From an uncultured delta proteobacterium (GTDB taxonomy: Bacteria; Desulfobacterota; Desulfobacteria; Desulfobacterales; JAFDCJ01), in contig CAVYNY010000022.1 in assembly GCA_963769935.1 (NCBI GenBank), forward strand, positions 224,001 through 288,000: DNA of 64,000 nucleotides, given 5' to 3'. The translations under genes and the position numbers were made by a program. The notes beneath the pieces are model-generated. The model was not told the origin of the DNA, made no database searches, and saw only the letters and a program-made list of their open reading frames with translations. This document shows positions 21,343 through 31,074 of this stretch, piece after piece. Numbering within the stretch: the first letter of the stretch is position 1; the number at the start of each line of letters is the position of its first letter.

Positions 21343-23019
21343 TCAAAGTCCGGCGAAAGATAACTGCTCTGCGATTGGCCCGAGGACAGCCACGGGCAGA
21401 AACAGCAGCGCCCCAATGAAGACCACGCTGCCCAGGATCACGATACCGAACAAGAGCGTGTCGGTCCGCAGGGTGCCTGTGGTTTCAGGTGCCGGTTTCT
21501 TTGCGGCCAGGGACCCCGCGATGGCCAGGGGGAGAATGATCGGAATGAAGCGGGCCAGCAGCATGACAATGCCCCCCGCAAGATTCCAAGGGACCGTGTT
21601 GTCGCCGAGGCCTGCAAAGGCTGAGCCGTTGTTGGCTGCCTCGGAACTGAACTCATAAAGGATTTCCGTAAACCCGTGCGCTCCGGGATTGTGCACCGTC
21701 GAGGCTCCCCAGGGCGTCGCGGCGAGCAAGGCCGTCCCCCCTAAGATGAACAGCGGATGGATAAGGAGCGCCAAGAGGGCGAGTTTCATCTCGCGGGTTT
21801 CGACCTTCCGGTTGAGGTACTCCGGGGTGCGGCCAACCATCATGCCGCAGATGAACACCCCGACGATGATGTACAGGAACATATTGATCAGGCCCACGCC
21901 GACGCCGCCAAACACCACGTTCAACCACATGCCCGCGAGCAGAATGAGACCCGTCATCGGATTGAAACTGTCGTGCATGCTGTTGACCGAACCGTTGCTG
22001 GTGGCAGTCGTGAGCGCACCCCACAGCGGAGCGGCGGCGAAACCGAAGCGAAGCTCCTTGCCCTCGAGGTTTCCGGCCGCCTGAATCGGCAAGCCGGCAA
22101 AGACTTTCGGCGGGGCGCTCTCAAAATGGACGGCGAGTCCGGCCATCCCGACCAACAACACGCCCATGACGGCGAATATGACGGCGGCGTGGCGTATGCG
22201 GCCCGTAATGCGACCGAACATCCACACGCAGGCCATTGGAATCAGGACGATACTGACACACTCTACGATGTTCGTAATGAAAGACGGGTTTTCGAAAGGA
22301 TGGGCCGAGTTGGCGCCGAAAAAGCCGCCGCCATTCGTGCCCAACTGCTTGATGGCCACGAAAGCCGCAACCGGTCCCCTGGCAATGGTTTGCAGAGCGC
22401 CTTCCAGCGTGCCGGCCGTGGCTGAACCCTTAAACGTCATGGGAACACCGCCGAACAGCAGCAGCACGGCGGCAACTACGGCCAGCGGCAGCAGGACCAG
22501 AAAGGTCGCTCGCAGCAGATCGCGGAAAAAATTTCCCATAACGACATTGCCCGCCAACCCTCTGGCGAGGGCGGCGAGGGCCGCTATGCCGGTGGCGGCG
22601 GAAACGAAATCCAGCCACATCAAGCCGAAAATCTGCGAAAAATAACTTAACGCCACCTCGCCCGAATAGTGTTGAAAATCCGTGTTGGTTGTAAATGAGG
22701 CAGCCGTATGGAAGATCAGGCTGGGCTCCAAGGCGCCTTTGCCATCCGGATTGAATGGAAGCGCTTGCTGTGACGATAAGACCACATATACGACGATGAA
22801 CATGAATGCGTTGAAGAGGAGCATGGACAACGCATACTCCTTCCAGGTTTGCTCCCTGGCGGCAGCCCGGCCGCCGGCTTTCTGAAAGAACGCCTCAAGG
22901 CCTTGACGAAATTCACCGACCTTATCGCCGGGGTTCAGCGCCCAAGTCATGAGGCTACCCAGGGGCCATGACAGCAAGGCTGCCGTTCCAAGAATGAGCG
23001 TTATGAAAATAACCGCCAT
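21343..23019 (-). CDS. kdpA: K+-transporting ATPase subunit A
   Basis: [36 protein letters not shown] filter motifs. Confidence 0.95.
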   Translation of the reverse strand: MAVIFITLILGTAALLSWPLGSLMTWALNPGDKVGEFRQGLEAFFQKAGGRAAAREQTWKEYALSMLLFNAFMFIVVYVVLSSQQALPFNPDGKGALEPSLIFHTAASFTTNTDFQHYSGEVALSYFSQIFGLMWLDFVSAATGIAALAALARGLAGNVVMGNFFRDLLRATFLVLLPLAVVAAVLLLFGGVPMTFKGSATAGTLEGALQTIARGPVAAFVAIKQLGTNGGGFFGANSAHPFENPSFITNIVECVSIVLIPMACVWMFGRITGRIRHAAVIFAVMGVLLVGMAGLAVHFESAPPKVFAGLPIQAAGNLEGKELRFGFAAAPLWGALTTATSNGSVNSMHDSFNPMTGLILLAGMWLNVVFGGVGVGLINMFLYIIVGVFICGMMVGRTPEYLNRKVETREMKLALLALLIHPLFILGGTALLAATPWGASTVHNPGAHGFTEILYEFSSEAANNGSAFAGLGDNTVPWNLAGGIVMLLARFIPIILPLAIAGSLAAKKPAPETTGTLRTDTLLFGIVILGSVVFIGALLFLPVAVLGPIAEQLSFAGL

Positions 23020-23031
23020 GATGTTTTTCCT

Positions 23032-23112
23032 TTAAAAACGCTCTGGATTGATGATGGCGTAGACAAGATATACCATGCAAAGCACCAAAACGATTGCCGC
23101 AAGATAGAGCAT
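23032..23112 (-). CDS. kdpF: KdpF micropeptide, 26 aa
   Basis: MLYLAAIVLVLCMVYLVYAIINPERF (YL..A...PERF signature), GGAGG RBS, directly upstream of kdpA; below the ORF-track cutoff. Confidence 0.9.
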   Translation of the reverse strand: MLYLAAIVLVLCMVYLVYAIINPERF

Positions 23113-23122
23113 GGCCGCCTCC

Positions 23123-23206
23123 CTATATCCTGTCGCAAGCATCTGCAAGACCTGCCAATGCGACAAACATGATTAGTCCGAGAATCAGGTACAATGCCAA
23201 CAGCAT
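23123..23206 (-). CDS. Second hydrophobic micropeptide upstream of kdpF, 27 aa
   Basis: MLLALYLILGLIMFVALAGLADACDRI; AAGGAG RBS; fills the gap between kinase stop and kdpF RBS. Confidence 0.7.
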   Translation of the reverse strand: MLLALYLILGLIMFVALAGLADACDRI

Positions 23207-23209
23207 GAT

Positions 23210-25072
23210 TTACTCCTTCAGGATCGTGATCGAATGAGATGTCATCGGATCCTTGCTCAGCGGCAGCGTGAAACGGAAAGTCGAACCCTTGCCAACCTCA
23301 CTTTCAGCGCCGACATCCCCGCCATGGGCCCGGACGATCTTTTTCACGATGGCCAAGCCCAGCCCCACGCCGGATCTCTCGTCCTGCCCGGACGCGCGAT
23401 AGAATTGCTCGAACAGATGTTTCAGGTCTTCTGCGGGGATACCTTTTCCGGTGTCCTGCACATGGAAAACCACATGGTCCTGCTCCCGCCAAGCCTGAAT
23501 GGTGACCGAGCCGCCAGGGCTGGTGAAGCGAAGCGCATTCGAAAGTAGATTCGCGAACACATGACGAACCTTTTCGGCGTCCGCCATAACTTCCGGCAAA
23601 TCATCCGAAACGTCGTTCACCATCGTCACGCCCTTATCCTTGGCCTCCACAAGAAAAGGTTCGATGGCCTCTCGGGCCAGCGCTATCGGTGAGGCAGGTT
23701 CGGGGGTGACCTGCGCCTTGCCGGATTCGATGCGGTTGATATCGAGCAAATCGTTAAGAATACCCACCAGCCTCTCGCTGTCCTCTCTTGCGGCCATAAG
23801 GAGCTCAGTCTGCTTTTCATTGAGAAGCCCCACCCGCTCCTCTAAAAGGAGATGAATAGACATGCGAAGCGAGGTCAAAGGCGTTTTGAGCTGATGCGAA
23901 ACCGTGGATACCACGCCACGCTTCATTTCCTGCTGCTCATGGACCTGGGTCACGTCTTTCAGGATCAAGGCCACACCCGTCGGTTCGCGACGTTCCGGGC
24001 CAACCGGTATCGGCACTGCCATCGGCTGAAAGAAGTATTCGCGGTTATCAATAAACTGCTGGAGATAACCGTTCTTAGGATCGTGCTCGATGATGCGATC
24101 CTCGTCCAGCGCCTGCCGGGTTAATGGATTCAGCCATTCATATCCCAAGTCGCCGGCCAGGACTCCGGATTTGAGACCAAAATACCGCTCCGCCGTCTCC
24201 GTTGAGACCTCCACCTTCCCGTCCAGGTCGAGCACGGCGATGGTGGCCGGAAGGGCCTTGAAGATTTCCTCGGTTGCGCGACGCGTTCGCATCAGGTTGG
24301 CTCTGTCCTCCTTGCGAACCTGTCGCAGCGCGGCCGCCATCTCATTAAAGGATTCCGAAAGCCGACCGATCTCGTCGCGCGAGCCGGCTTCCAAAACAAG
24401 GTCAAGATTCCCGCCTCGGATTTCGTTTGCGGATTCAATCAACCGATTGATCGGGTATAAAATCCACCTGTGTGCAAGATAGCTGAATAGAAGCGCCAGA
24501 AACGCTGAGACCATAATCGCCATCAGCATGCGGCGGTGAGCGGTTTCTGCGAGGCGGCGGGCTGCGTTGTTGGCCTCATTCATGTTCGTTTGGTTCATGA
24601 TCAAGATGTCTTGGGCCACGTTCTTAATCTCCTGGAATAGAGGCTGCAGTTTCGAAAAGTAGTCGGCCCGCCTGGCCTCGGGAGGTCGAGTGACCTGGGT
24701 CACGAGCGGTATCGCCCCGGTGTACCTTTCGAAGAGGGCTTTTATCCTTTCAGCCTTCCCGCCTTCACCGAGAAGCGTAATGTTGCCAAGTTCTAACTTC
24801 AGAGCGGCGCGAAACTTGGGGGTGTATGCCTCGATCAGTCGGTTTCCTGTCAGCTCGTTGCCGGCGAGCGTAAATAGGATGCCGCTGTCCATTCGCTCCA
24901 AAGATTCCTTCATGTCCTGGCAGGCCTCCACGCTGCGATAATTCTCCTTGAGAATCATATCGATGGCTTTGCCGAGATCATTGATCTGCACCATCGTCAG
25001 CGCGCCGACAATGGCAATGACCGCCAGCAGTCCGCCAAATCCCAACATGAGCTTTTGTCTTATGCCGATCAT
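23210..25072 (-). CDS. Membrane sensor histidine kinase (periplasmic helical domain-HAMP-PAS-like-HisKA-HATPase; KinB-like)
   Basis: Two TM helices, DEIGRLSESFN, VSHQLKTPL, NLLSNA, DTGKGI, GVGLGL; GGAGG RBS before ATG 25072. Confidence 0.92.
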   Translation of the reverse strand: MIGIRQKLMLGFGGLLAVIAIVGALTMVQINDLGKAIDMILKENYRSVEACQDMKESLERMDSGILFTLAGNELTGNRLIEAYTPKFRAALKLELGNITLLGEGGKAERIKALFERYTGAIPLVTQVTRPPEARRADYFSKLQPLFQEIKNVAQDILIMNQTNMNEANNAARRLAETAHRRMLMAIMVSAFLALLFSYLAHRWILYPINRLIESANEIRGGNLDLVLEAGSRDEIGRLSESFNEMAAALRQVRKEDRANLMRTRRATEEIFKALPATIAVLDLDGKVEVSTETAERYFGLKSGVLAGDLGYEWLNPLTRQALDEDRIIEHDPKNGYLQQFIDNREYFFQPMAVPIPVGPERREPTGVALILKDVTQVHEQQEMKRGVVSTVSHQLKTPLTSLRMSIHLLLEERVGLLNEKQTELLMAAREDSERLVGILNDLLDINRIESGKAQVTPEPASPIALAREAIEPFLVEAKDKGVTMVNDVSDDLPEVMADAEKVRHVFANLLSNALRFTSPGGSVTIQAWREQDHVVFHVQDTGKGIPAEDLKHLFEQFYRASGQDERSGVGLGLAIVKKIVRAHGGDVGAESEVGKGSTFRFTLPLSKDPMTSHSITILKE

Positions 25073-25097
25073 AACGATGCCCTCCACCGGACAAATA

Positions 25098-25113
25098 AGC
25101 ACAAGGTATGCCA
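25098..25113 (-). promoter_or_regulatory. Sigma54 -24/-12 promoter for kinase-kdpFABC-kdpD
   Basis: TGGCATACCTTGTGCT (GG-N10-GC) upstream of the kinase RBS, next to a GAFTGA activator gene. Confidence 0.7.
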
Positions 25114-25165
25114 TACATCTAAACCATGACAATTCAAGTGGTTACGTGTTATTGCCCAAGGAAGG

Positions 25166-25214
25166 CCTTGTGACAAACAAGGCTGGCCCCGCATTGACCT
25201 TGTAAAATACAAGG
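25166..25214. promoter_or_regulatory. Tandem dyad sites CCTTGT-N5-ACAAGG (putative enhancer)
   Basis: Copies at 25166-25182 and 25198-25214, centres 32 bp apart. Confidence 0.6.
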
Positions 25215-25241
25215 TCATGTGAAAAAGACGAAAGGGCTTGA

Positions 25242-26603
25242 TCAGATGCCGTATTGTTTTCTTTTGTGCCAGAGGGTAGCTTGGTCGATGCCGAGGATAT
25301 TGGCGGCTTCCTGGAGGGTCTTGGTCGAGGCGACAACTTGACGGATGTGGTTTTCTTCCAAGGCTTTCAGAGAAACGTGGTCGCCCAGTTGGATCGGAGG
25401 TGTATGCGGAGCGATTGAAGCGGGGAGGTGCTCAATTTCGACGATGTCATCCGTGCATAGGATCGAGGCGCGCTCGACCGCATTGCGCAGCTCTCGGATA
25501 TTGCCCGGCCATGAGTATCGCCGTAAGGCCTTGAGGGCTGCGTCGCTGAACCCCTTTAATACCTTGTGGTTCTGGGCTGCGAAAAATTCCAACATGCTTT
25601 TTGCCAGAATTTCCACGTCGTCCGGTCGATCCGCCAGAGGAGGCAAATCGATCTGGATAACATTCAGCCGATAGTACAGATCCTCTCGAAAGCGTCCTTC
25701 CTGAACCGCTTTATCCAGATCCGTGTTGGTCGCGGCAATGATTCGGACCTCGGCTTTTCTTGTCCGGTTATCGCCCACACGCTCGTATTCACGATCCTGG
25801 ATGAAACGAAGGAGTTTGGGTTGAAGCGGCAAGGGCAGATCGCCAATCTCATCCAAGAACAAGGTCCCGCCGTCGCAAGCGGCAACGCGACCGGGATTGT
25901 CACGGAGGGCTCCGGTAAAGGCCCCTTTCACGTGGCCAAAAAGCTCGCTTTCGAGAAGATCAGGGTTCAGAGTGGGGCATGAAATGGTACCGAACGGCTT
26001 ATCCGCCCTGCGGCTCCAGCCGTGAATAGCTCGCGCCAACACGGTCTTGCCCGTTCCGCTTGATCCTCGAAGCAAGACAACCGCCTCCGATGCGGCCACC
26101 TGCCGTGCGAGCTCCATGGCTCGTTGCATGCCGGAATGTCGGGATGTGAACGAGACCTCCGGGTGCAGCCGCTCCAAGTCCTCCTTTAAGGTCGCTATGC
26201 GTTGCTCCATCTTGCGAACCATGGCCACCCGGTCGGTGACGATTTGGACCTGTTCAGGAGTAAAAGGCTTGGGTATGTAATCAGTCGCCCCTCGCCGCAT
26301 GGCTTCCACCGCGGTGTCCACGGATGCATAGGCCGTTACCACGACGATTTTGATCCAGGGGCATATTCCCAGGAGTGAGGGGATCAAGTCGAGGCCGCTT
26401 TCGGTTCCCAACCGCAAATCCACAAACGCCAAGTCGTAGACTTGCTGATCCGCTTGAGACAGTGCATCTCTGGCGTTGCTGACGGAGGTTACCCCATGCC
26501 CACGTGATTCCAGGCAGACTCTGAGCGTCTTGCGGATATTTGCTTCGTCGTCCACGATGAGCACCCCGAGGCGGATGGATGTGTTGTCATTTTTGGGTCT
26601 CAT
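25242..26603 (-). CDS. Sigma54-dependent response regulator (NtrC/AlgB-like)
   Basis: Receiver (VDDE, DLRLG), [38 protein letters not shown], Fis-type HTH. Confidence 0.95.
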   Translation of the reverse strand: MRPKNDNTSIRLGVLIVDDEANIRKTLRVCLESRGHGVTSVSNARDALSQADQQVYDLAFVDLRLGTESGLDLIPSLLGICPWIKIVVVTAYASVDTAVEAMRRGATDYIPKPFTPEQVQIVTDRVAMVRKMEQRIATLKEDLERLHPEVSFTSRHSGMQRAMELARQVAASEAVVLLRGSSGTGKTVLARAIHGWSRRADKPFGTISCPTLNPDLLESELFGHVKGAFTGALRDNPGRVAACDGGTLFLDEIGDLPLPLQPKLLRFIQDREYERVGDNRTRKAEVRIIAATNTDLDKAVQEGRFREDLYYRLNVIQIDLPPLADRPDDVEILAKSMLEFFAAQNHKVLKGFSDAALKALRRYSWPGNIRELRNAVERASILCTDDIVEIEHLPASIAPHTPPIQLGDHVSLKALEENHIRQVVASTKTLQEAANILGIDQATLWHKRKQYGI

Positions 26604-26818
26604 GTTCTATACAATAAGCGTTTGCAGGGTGCAGCGCAACTCCTTGTTTGGCTTTCTGAAGGATCAACCTTGCGCAGCAGCGGTGTTCAATATTGTCTGC
26701 CTTAATGAGCCACCACTTGATTTCCATTTAAAATCCCGTTCCTTTCATTTTCTCTTGACCCTCCCAAATGCAAAGGATACACCGCATCTGTGCATTGTCG
26801 ATTGAAAGGATTGCTGCC

Positions 26819-27775
26819 ATGGCCGAATACAAACCGATAACACCTCAGCAGCAGCCGAAGTTTGCCGGGATTAAGACTTTTATGCGGCTGCCCCATTCAC
26901 AGACCATCGAGCGGCTTGATTTTGCTGTAGTGGGCGTTCCCTGGGACGGTGCTACTTCCTACCGGACCGGCCAGCGGTTGGGACCCGATGCCATCCGCAA
27001 GGTTTCGGTGACGCTGCGACCCTATAATCTGGCACTGAACGTCGATATTTTCGAGCATTGTTCCGGTGTTGATTACGGCGATCTGCCGGTGATTGCGGGG
27101 TATATAGAAGATACCTATGCCAAAATCGAAGCGGCCCTTTGTCCGCTGGTTGAGGTCGGTGTTATTCCCGTGTTGATGGGTGGGGACCACTCCATCACGC
27201 TGCCGGAGCTAAGAGCCGTCGCTAAAACTCATGGACCGGTTGCCTTAATTCACTTTGATTCCCACACCGATACCAACGATCAGTACTTCGGCAAACCCTA
27301 TTATCACGGCTCGCCGTTTCGCCGGGCTGTAGAAGAAAATATTCTGATTGCCGAAAATTCAATTCAGGTCGGCATGCGCGGCTCTGTTTATTCAAAGGAC
27401 GCCTATGACGATTCAGCCGCGCTGGGATTCAAGGTGATCACGATGTCCGCTCTAAGAGAAATGGGCATTCGAAAACTGATCGAGACCGTCAGGGAACGAG
27501 TCGGGCAGCAGCGGGTATTTGTAACTTTCGACATCGATGTGGTTGACCCGGCCTTTGCTCCCGGCACCGGCACCCCGGAGATAGGCGGGTTTACCAGTGG
27601 AGAGGCCATCGAGCTGGTGCGCGGCCTCAGGGAATTGAATTTTGTCGGATTTGATGTGGTTGAGGTTCTGCCGGCCTATGATCCGGCGGAGATTACCGCC
27701 CTTTTGGCCGCCAATATTATATACGAATTCTTGTCTTTGATCGCGTTGAATAAAAAGAATGTCAGTGGTCGGTAG
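26819..27775 (+). CDS. speB: Agmatinase / ureohydrolase
   Basis: GGDHS, DSHTD, GSPF, TFDIDVVDPAFAPGTGTP; start ATG 26819 after GAAAGGA. Confidence 0.88.
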   Translation: MAEYKPITPQQQPKFAGIKTFMRLPHSQTIERLDFAVVGVPWDGATSYRTGQRLGPDAIRKVSVTLRPYNLALNVDIFEHCSGVDYGDLPVIAGYIEDTYAKIEAALCPLVEVGVIPVLMGGDHSITLPELRAVAKTHGPVALIHFDSHTDTNDQYFGKPYYHGSPFRRAVEENILIAENSIQVGMRGSVYSKDAYDDSAALGFKVITMSALREMGIRKLIETVRERVGQQRVFVTFDIDVVDPAFAPGTGTPEIGGFTSGEAIELVRGLRELNFVGFDVVEVLPAYDPAEITALLAANIIYEFLSLIALNKKNVSGR

Positions 27776-27906
27776 TCAGTGGTCCGCTGCGGTCTTGTTG
27801 TCTGAAACAATTCGAATTATCAAATTCCAGACACATGATTTCGAATTGATGAAAATCCATCATCATTGACAATATTCCGATATGGTGGTAACTCTGGAAT
27901 AAAAAT

Positions 27907-27994
27907 CACTGGGGGAGCCGCAATACCCGGCTGAGAGGAGGCTGAATGCCTCGACCCCTGGACCTGATCCGGATAATGCCGGCGTAGGGAAGTC
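27907..27994 (+). ncRNA. TPP riboswitch
   Basis: GGGGAGC...GCTGAGA...GACCC..GACCTGATCCGGATAATGCCGGCGTAGGGAAG consensus, upstream of a THI5-type ABC system. Confidence 0.92.
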
Positions 27995-28058
27995 ATTTGC
28001 ATCACATCCCAATTCCTTCCTTTCCTCCGACTGAGATCCGCATCGGAGGAGCCGCTGC

Positions 28059-28799
28059 ATGCTGAATGTTTCGCGCCTGAGCAAACGCTTCGGCGACCTT
28101 GCCATCTTCGAAAATTTCAATTTATTGCTTCCGCAAAACGGCTTCACTGTTTTGATCGGTCCGTCGGGGTGCGGTAAAAGTACCCTGTTCAATGTCCTGA
28201 CGGGTGGTGTTGCCGGAGACGGCGGAGAAATATCGTGGCGCGGCAGAACCGTTGCGCACCTGAGGGGAATATCCGCTTACATGCAGCAGAAGGATTTGCT
28301 GCTGCCCTGGTTTTCACTGATGGACAATGCGCTGCTGCCGGCCAGAGTCGCCAATGCCGATATGGCGGAATCCGGCGCAAAAGCGGAGGCGCTCTTTAAA
28401 AGACTTGGTCTGGAGGGGTTTGAATCATATCTGCCCGGGGAGATTTCCGGCGGCATGCGACAACGCTGTGCTCTGGTTCGCACCCTGATGTTTGAACGCG
28501 AACTGGTTCTGCTGGACGAACCGCTCTCAGCCCTTGATGCAATCACCAGAAGAAGTTTGCAAGCCTTGCTTTTGATCCTGCAGATGGAATTCGGAAAAAG
28601 TATTCTCATGATCACCCATGACATTGATGAAGCACTGAGACTGGCCGATGAGGTCCTGGTGATGAGCAAGCGGCCGATGCGGATCCTGGACCGGTTTTCA
28701 TTGAACGGACCCAAACTGCGGAAGCTGGATGATCCCCAATTGTTCGAGATCAAGGAATATGTCCTGAACCTGCTCCAGCAGGAACTATACACAGCTTGA
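28059..28799 (+). CDS. thiZ: Thiamine-precursor (HMP/FAMP) ABC ATPase
   Basis: GPSGCGKS, QKDLLLPW, ISGGMRQR; TPP riboswitch upstream. Confidence 0.8.
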   Translation: MLNVSRLSKRFGDLAIFENFNLLLPQNGFTVLIGPSGCGKSTLFNVLTGGVAGDGGEISWRGRTVAHLRGISAYMQQKDLLLPWFSLMDNALLPARVANADMAESGAKAEALFKRLGLEGFESYLPGEISGGMRQRCALVRTLMFERELVLLDEPLSALDAITRRSLQALLLILQMEFGKSILMITHDIDEALRLADEVLVMSKRPMRILDRFSLNGPKLRKLDDPQLFEIKEYVLNLLQQELYTA

Positions 28800-29001
28800 T
28801 AATAGATCGGGTGATCGCCCTTTGAATCATCGAATTGGAAAAATCCCGGCAGATACAAATGGGAAGAACGCTGTGTATTTATTGTAAGGGATTTCTGTTA
28901 TGAACATCGTTACATTAACTGACGGGCTCAACCCAACCGAAACCACGATTTTTAGTTCAGGCCCTTGCTGGGGGAAAAGCCTAGAAAATGCGCAGCATAA
29001 A

Positions 29002-29100
29002 ATAATTTATCCGCCGGACCGTCATTTAAAATACGTTCTACAGCTCTTAAATAGCAGCGTCTAACCCTAAATATCTCATTGTCAAGGGCGGAGAAATTAT
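29002..29100 (+). repeat. About 98-bp inverted-repeat-bounded element, copy A
   Basis: ATAATTTATCCGCCGGACC ... AGGGCGGAGAAATTAT; colinear with 30961-31058. Confidence 0.7.
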
Positions 29101-29101
29101 A

Positions 29102-29842
29102 ATGAAGCGTTCCTCACTTTTATCATTGCTTATCGCCATTGTTTTACTATGCGGCTGGGAGTTGGCATGCCGAGCATTTAATGTTCCCGATTTTATTCTT
29201 CCGACTCCTTCGCAAATATTGAAAGCGGCCGTATTTCAGGTGGCCATTCTCCTGCCCAATGCCGGCACCACTGCTCTGGAAATTTTGATTGGTATACTTA
29301 TTTCTTTGGTGGTCTCCGTGCCGCTGTCTATTGCGATGTTTGCCCATCCCTCGGTAGAAAACGCCCTGGCACCATTTCTGGTGGCTTCCCAGGCGGTCCC
29401 GGTTTTCGCCGTCGCACCTTTGCTGGTTGTGTGGCTCGGGTACGGCATCGCCAGCAAAGTACTGATGGCGGCCGTGATTATCTTTTTTCCAATTACGGTT
29501 AATCTGCTGGAGGGGTTTAAAAGCTGCGATCTGGAATACCGCAACCTCTTTCAACTGATGGGAGCGGGCTTTTGGAAAACACTACACCTCTTATATTGGC
29601 CCTGGGCTTTGCCCCATTTCTTTGCCGGGCTGAAGGTCGGCGTATCGGTGGCGACTATCGGGGCCGTGATCGGGGAATGGGTCGGTGCGCAGCAGGGTCT
29701 CGGCTATTTAATGATTCAGGCCAATGCCAGGCTCAATGTCGACATGGTTTTTGCCGCCATATTATGGTTGTCCGGCATGGGGTTGTCGTTGTGGATACTG
29801 GTCGGATTTTTGGAAAGAAAGGTTATCAGCTGGAAATCCTAA
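29102..29842 (+). CDS. thiX: Thiamine-precursor ABC permease
   Basis: LPTPSQI, FFPI, GAVIGEW, GLGY (NitT/TauT type). Confidence 0.8.
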   Translation: MKRSSLLSLLIAIVLLCGWELACRAFNVPDFILPTPSQILKAAVFQVAILLPNAGTTALEILIGILISLVVSVPLSIAMFAHPSVENALAPFLVASQAVPVFAVAPLLVVWLGYGIASKVLMAAVIIFFPITVNLLEGFKSCDLEYRNLFQLMGAGFWKTLHLLYWPWALPHFFAGLKVGVSVATIGAVIGEWVGAQQGLGYLMIQANARLNVDMVFAAILWLSGMGLSLWILVGFLERKVISWKS

Positions 29843-29847
29843 GGTGT

Positions 29848-29936
29848 TGGCCGGTTTGCCCGTTTGCCGGTCAACCCGTTACCGGTTAGCCTTTCAGTTT
29901 CCACGGGTCAACGGGGCAACGGGCTCACCGGCCAAC
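29848..29936. repeat. Paired inverted arms of the 8-mer TTGCCCGT/ACGGGCAA
   Basis: ggccggtttgcccgtttgccggtcaacccgtt ... acgggtcaacggggcaacgggctcaccggcc. Confidence 0.75.
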
Positions 29937-29957
29937 TTCTAAACATGAGGGGAAAAA

Positions 29958-30905
29958 ATGTATAACGCACGCAGGATTATTATATTATTACTAATTTTTA
30001 CCGTGTTCTGGGTTCCGTCTGTTGATGCCGCCCGGAAATTTACGCTGATCCTGGACTGGTTTCCCAATGTCGATCATCTACCCATTTATGTGGCCTGCCA
30101 GCAGGGATTTTTTGCTGAAGAAGGGCTTGAAATCAAGGTTATCAGTCCTTCCGAGACATCCGACGGGCTCAAAATGGCCGCTGCGGGCAAAGTGGACATG
30201 GCGGTATCCTATGAACCCCAGACGATTATAGCGGCCGCCCGCGGATTAGACGTGGTGGTGGTTGCACGCCTCATCGAGCATCCCCTGACAACGCTGCTTT
30301 TTCTCAAAAACAAGGGCATTGCCTCACCCAAGGATTTGGCAGGTAAAAAAATCGGTTACACGGTACCCGGACTGATGGATGTGCTTTTGGAAGCTTTTGC
30401 CCGCATCAACGATATCGGAGATTATACGGCGATCAATGTCGGCTTCGCTATTGTGCAGTCGCTGACGTCGGGCCAGGTGGATGCCGTCATGGGGCCGTTT
30501 AAAACCTATGAAACCGTTACCATGGCCCATAAAGGATATGAGGTCGGGTATTTCGAGCTGGAGAAGTGGGGCATTCCGGACTATGACGAATTGATTTTTA
30601 TCACCAGCAAAAGGACCCTGGATCAAAATCGAGCAGCCATGGCAGCCTTTCGCCGGGTCATCGATCGCGCCATCCGGCAGGTGCGGCAAAATCCCCAACA
30701 GGCGCTCACGGACTATTTCAGGCAGGTACCACAGTCTGATCGCAAAACCGAAACCGATGCATTTAAGCTGACGCTGCCCTATTATGCCGCCACTCAGAGA
30801 ATGGATGGGGACCGTTGGCAGACATTTGCCGACTTTGCTTTACGGTACGGCCTGATCGACAAGAAGGTGGATGTGAAGTCGGTCCTTTGGATGGAAGATG
30901 AGTAA
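29958..30905 (+). CDS. thiY: NMT1/THI5-like substrate-binding protein
   Basis: LDWFPNVDH, GFFAEEGL, DLAGKKIGY, GIPDYDEL. Confidence 0.85.
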   Translation: MYNARRIIILLLIFTVFWVPSVDAARKFTLILDWFPNVDHLPIYVACQQGFFAEEGLEIKVISPSETSDGLKMAAAGKVDMAVSYEPQTIIAAARGLDVVVVARLIEHPLTTLLFLKNKGIASPKDLAGKKIGYTVPGLMDVLLEAFARINDIGDYTAINVGFAIVQSLTSGQVDAVMGPFKTYETVTMAHKGYEVGYFELEKWGIPDYDELIFITSKRTLDQNRAAMAAFRRVIDRAIRQVRQNPQQALTDYFRQVPQSDRKTETDAFKLTLPYYAATQRMDGDRWQTFADFALRYGLIDKKVDVKSVLWMEDE

Positions 30906-30960
30906 TTTAAATATTGACTTTTAAAAAAAATCCAAATAATTTCAATACTTCGGATTCATC

Positions 30961-31058
30961 TTAATTAATCCGCCGGACCTCGGGTCAACCAACTTTTTTC
31001 AGTTGTCAAAAAATAAATTACAACCCTGAGTAGGCTAATTTCCAGGGCGGATTAATTA
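30961..31058 (+). repeat. About 98-bp inverted-repeat-bounded element, copy B
   Basis: Perfect 13-bp stem TAATTAATCCGCC / GGCGGATTAATTA just upstream of the DegT RBS. Confidence 0.7.
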
Positions 31059-31074
31059 CTCGAGGTGGAATTTT

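Noticed and set aside
28920..28995. GGGGGAAAAGCCTAG as the 3' end of a ykkC/guanidine-type riboswitch
   Set aside because: The conserved 5' part of the motif is not recognisable; an Rfam scan would be needed.
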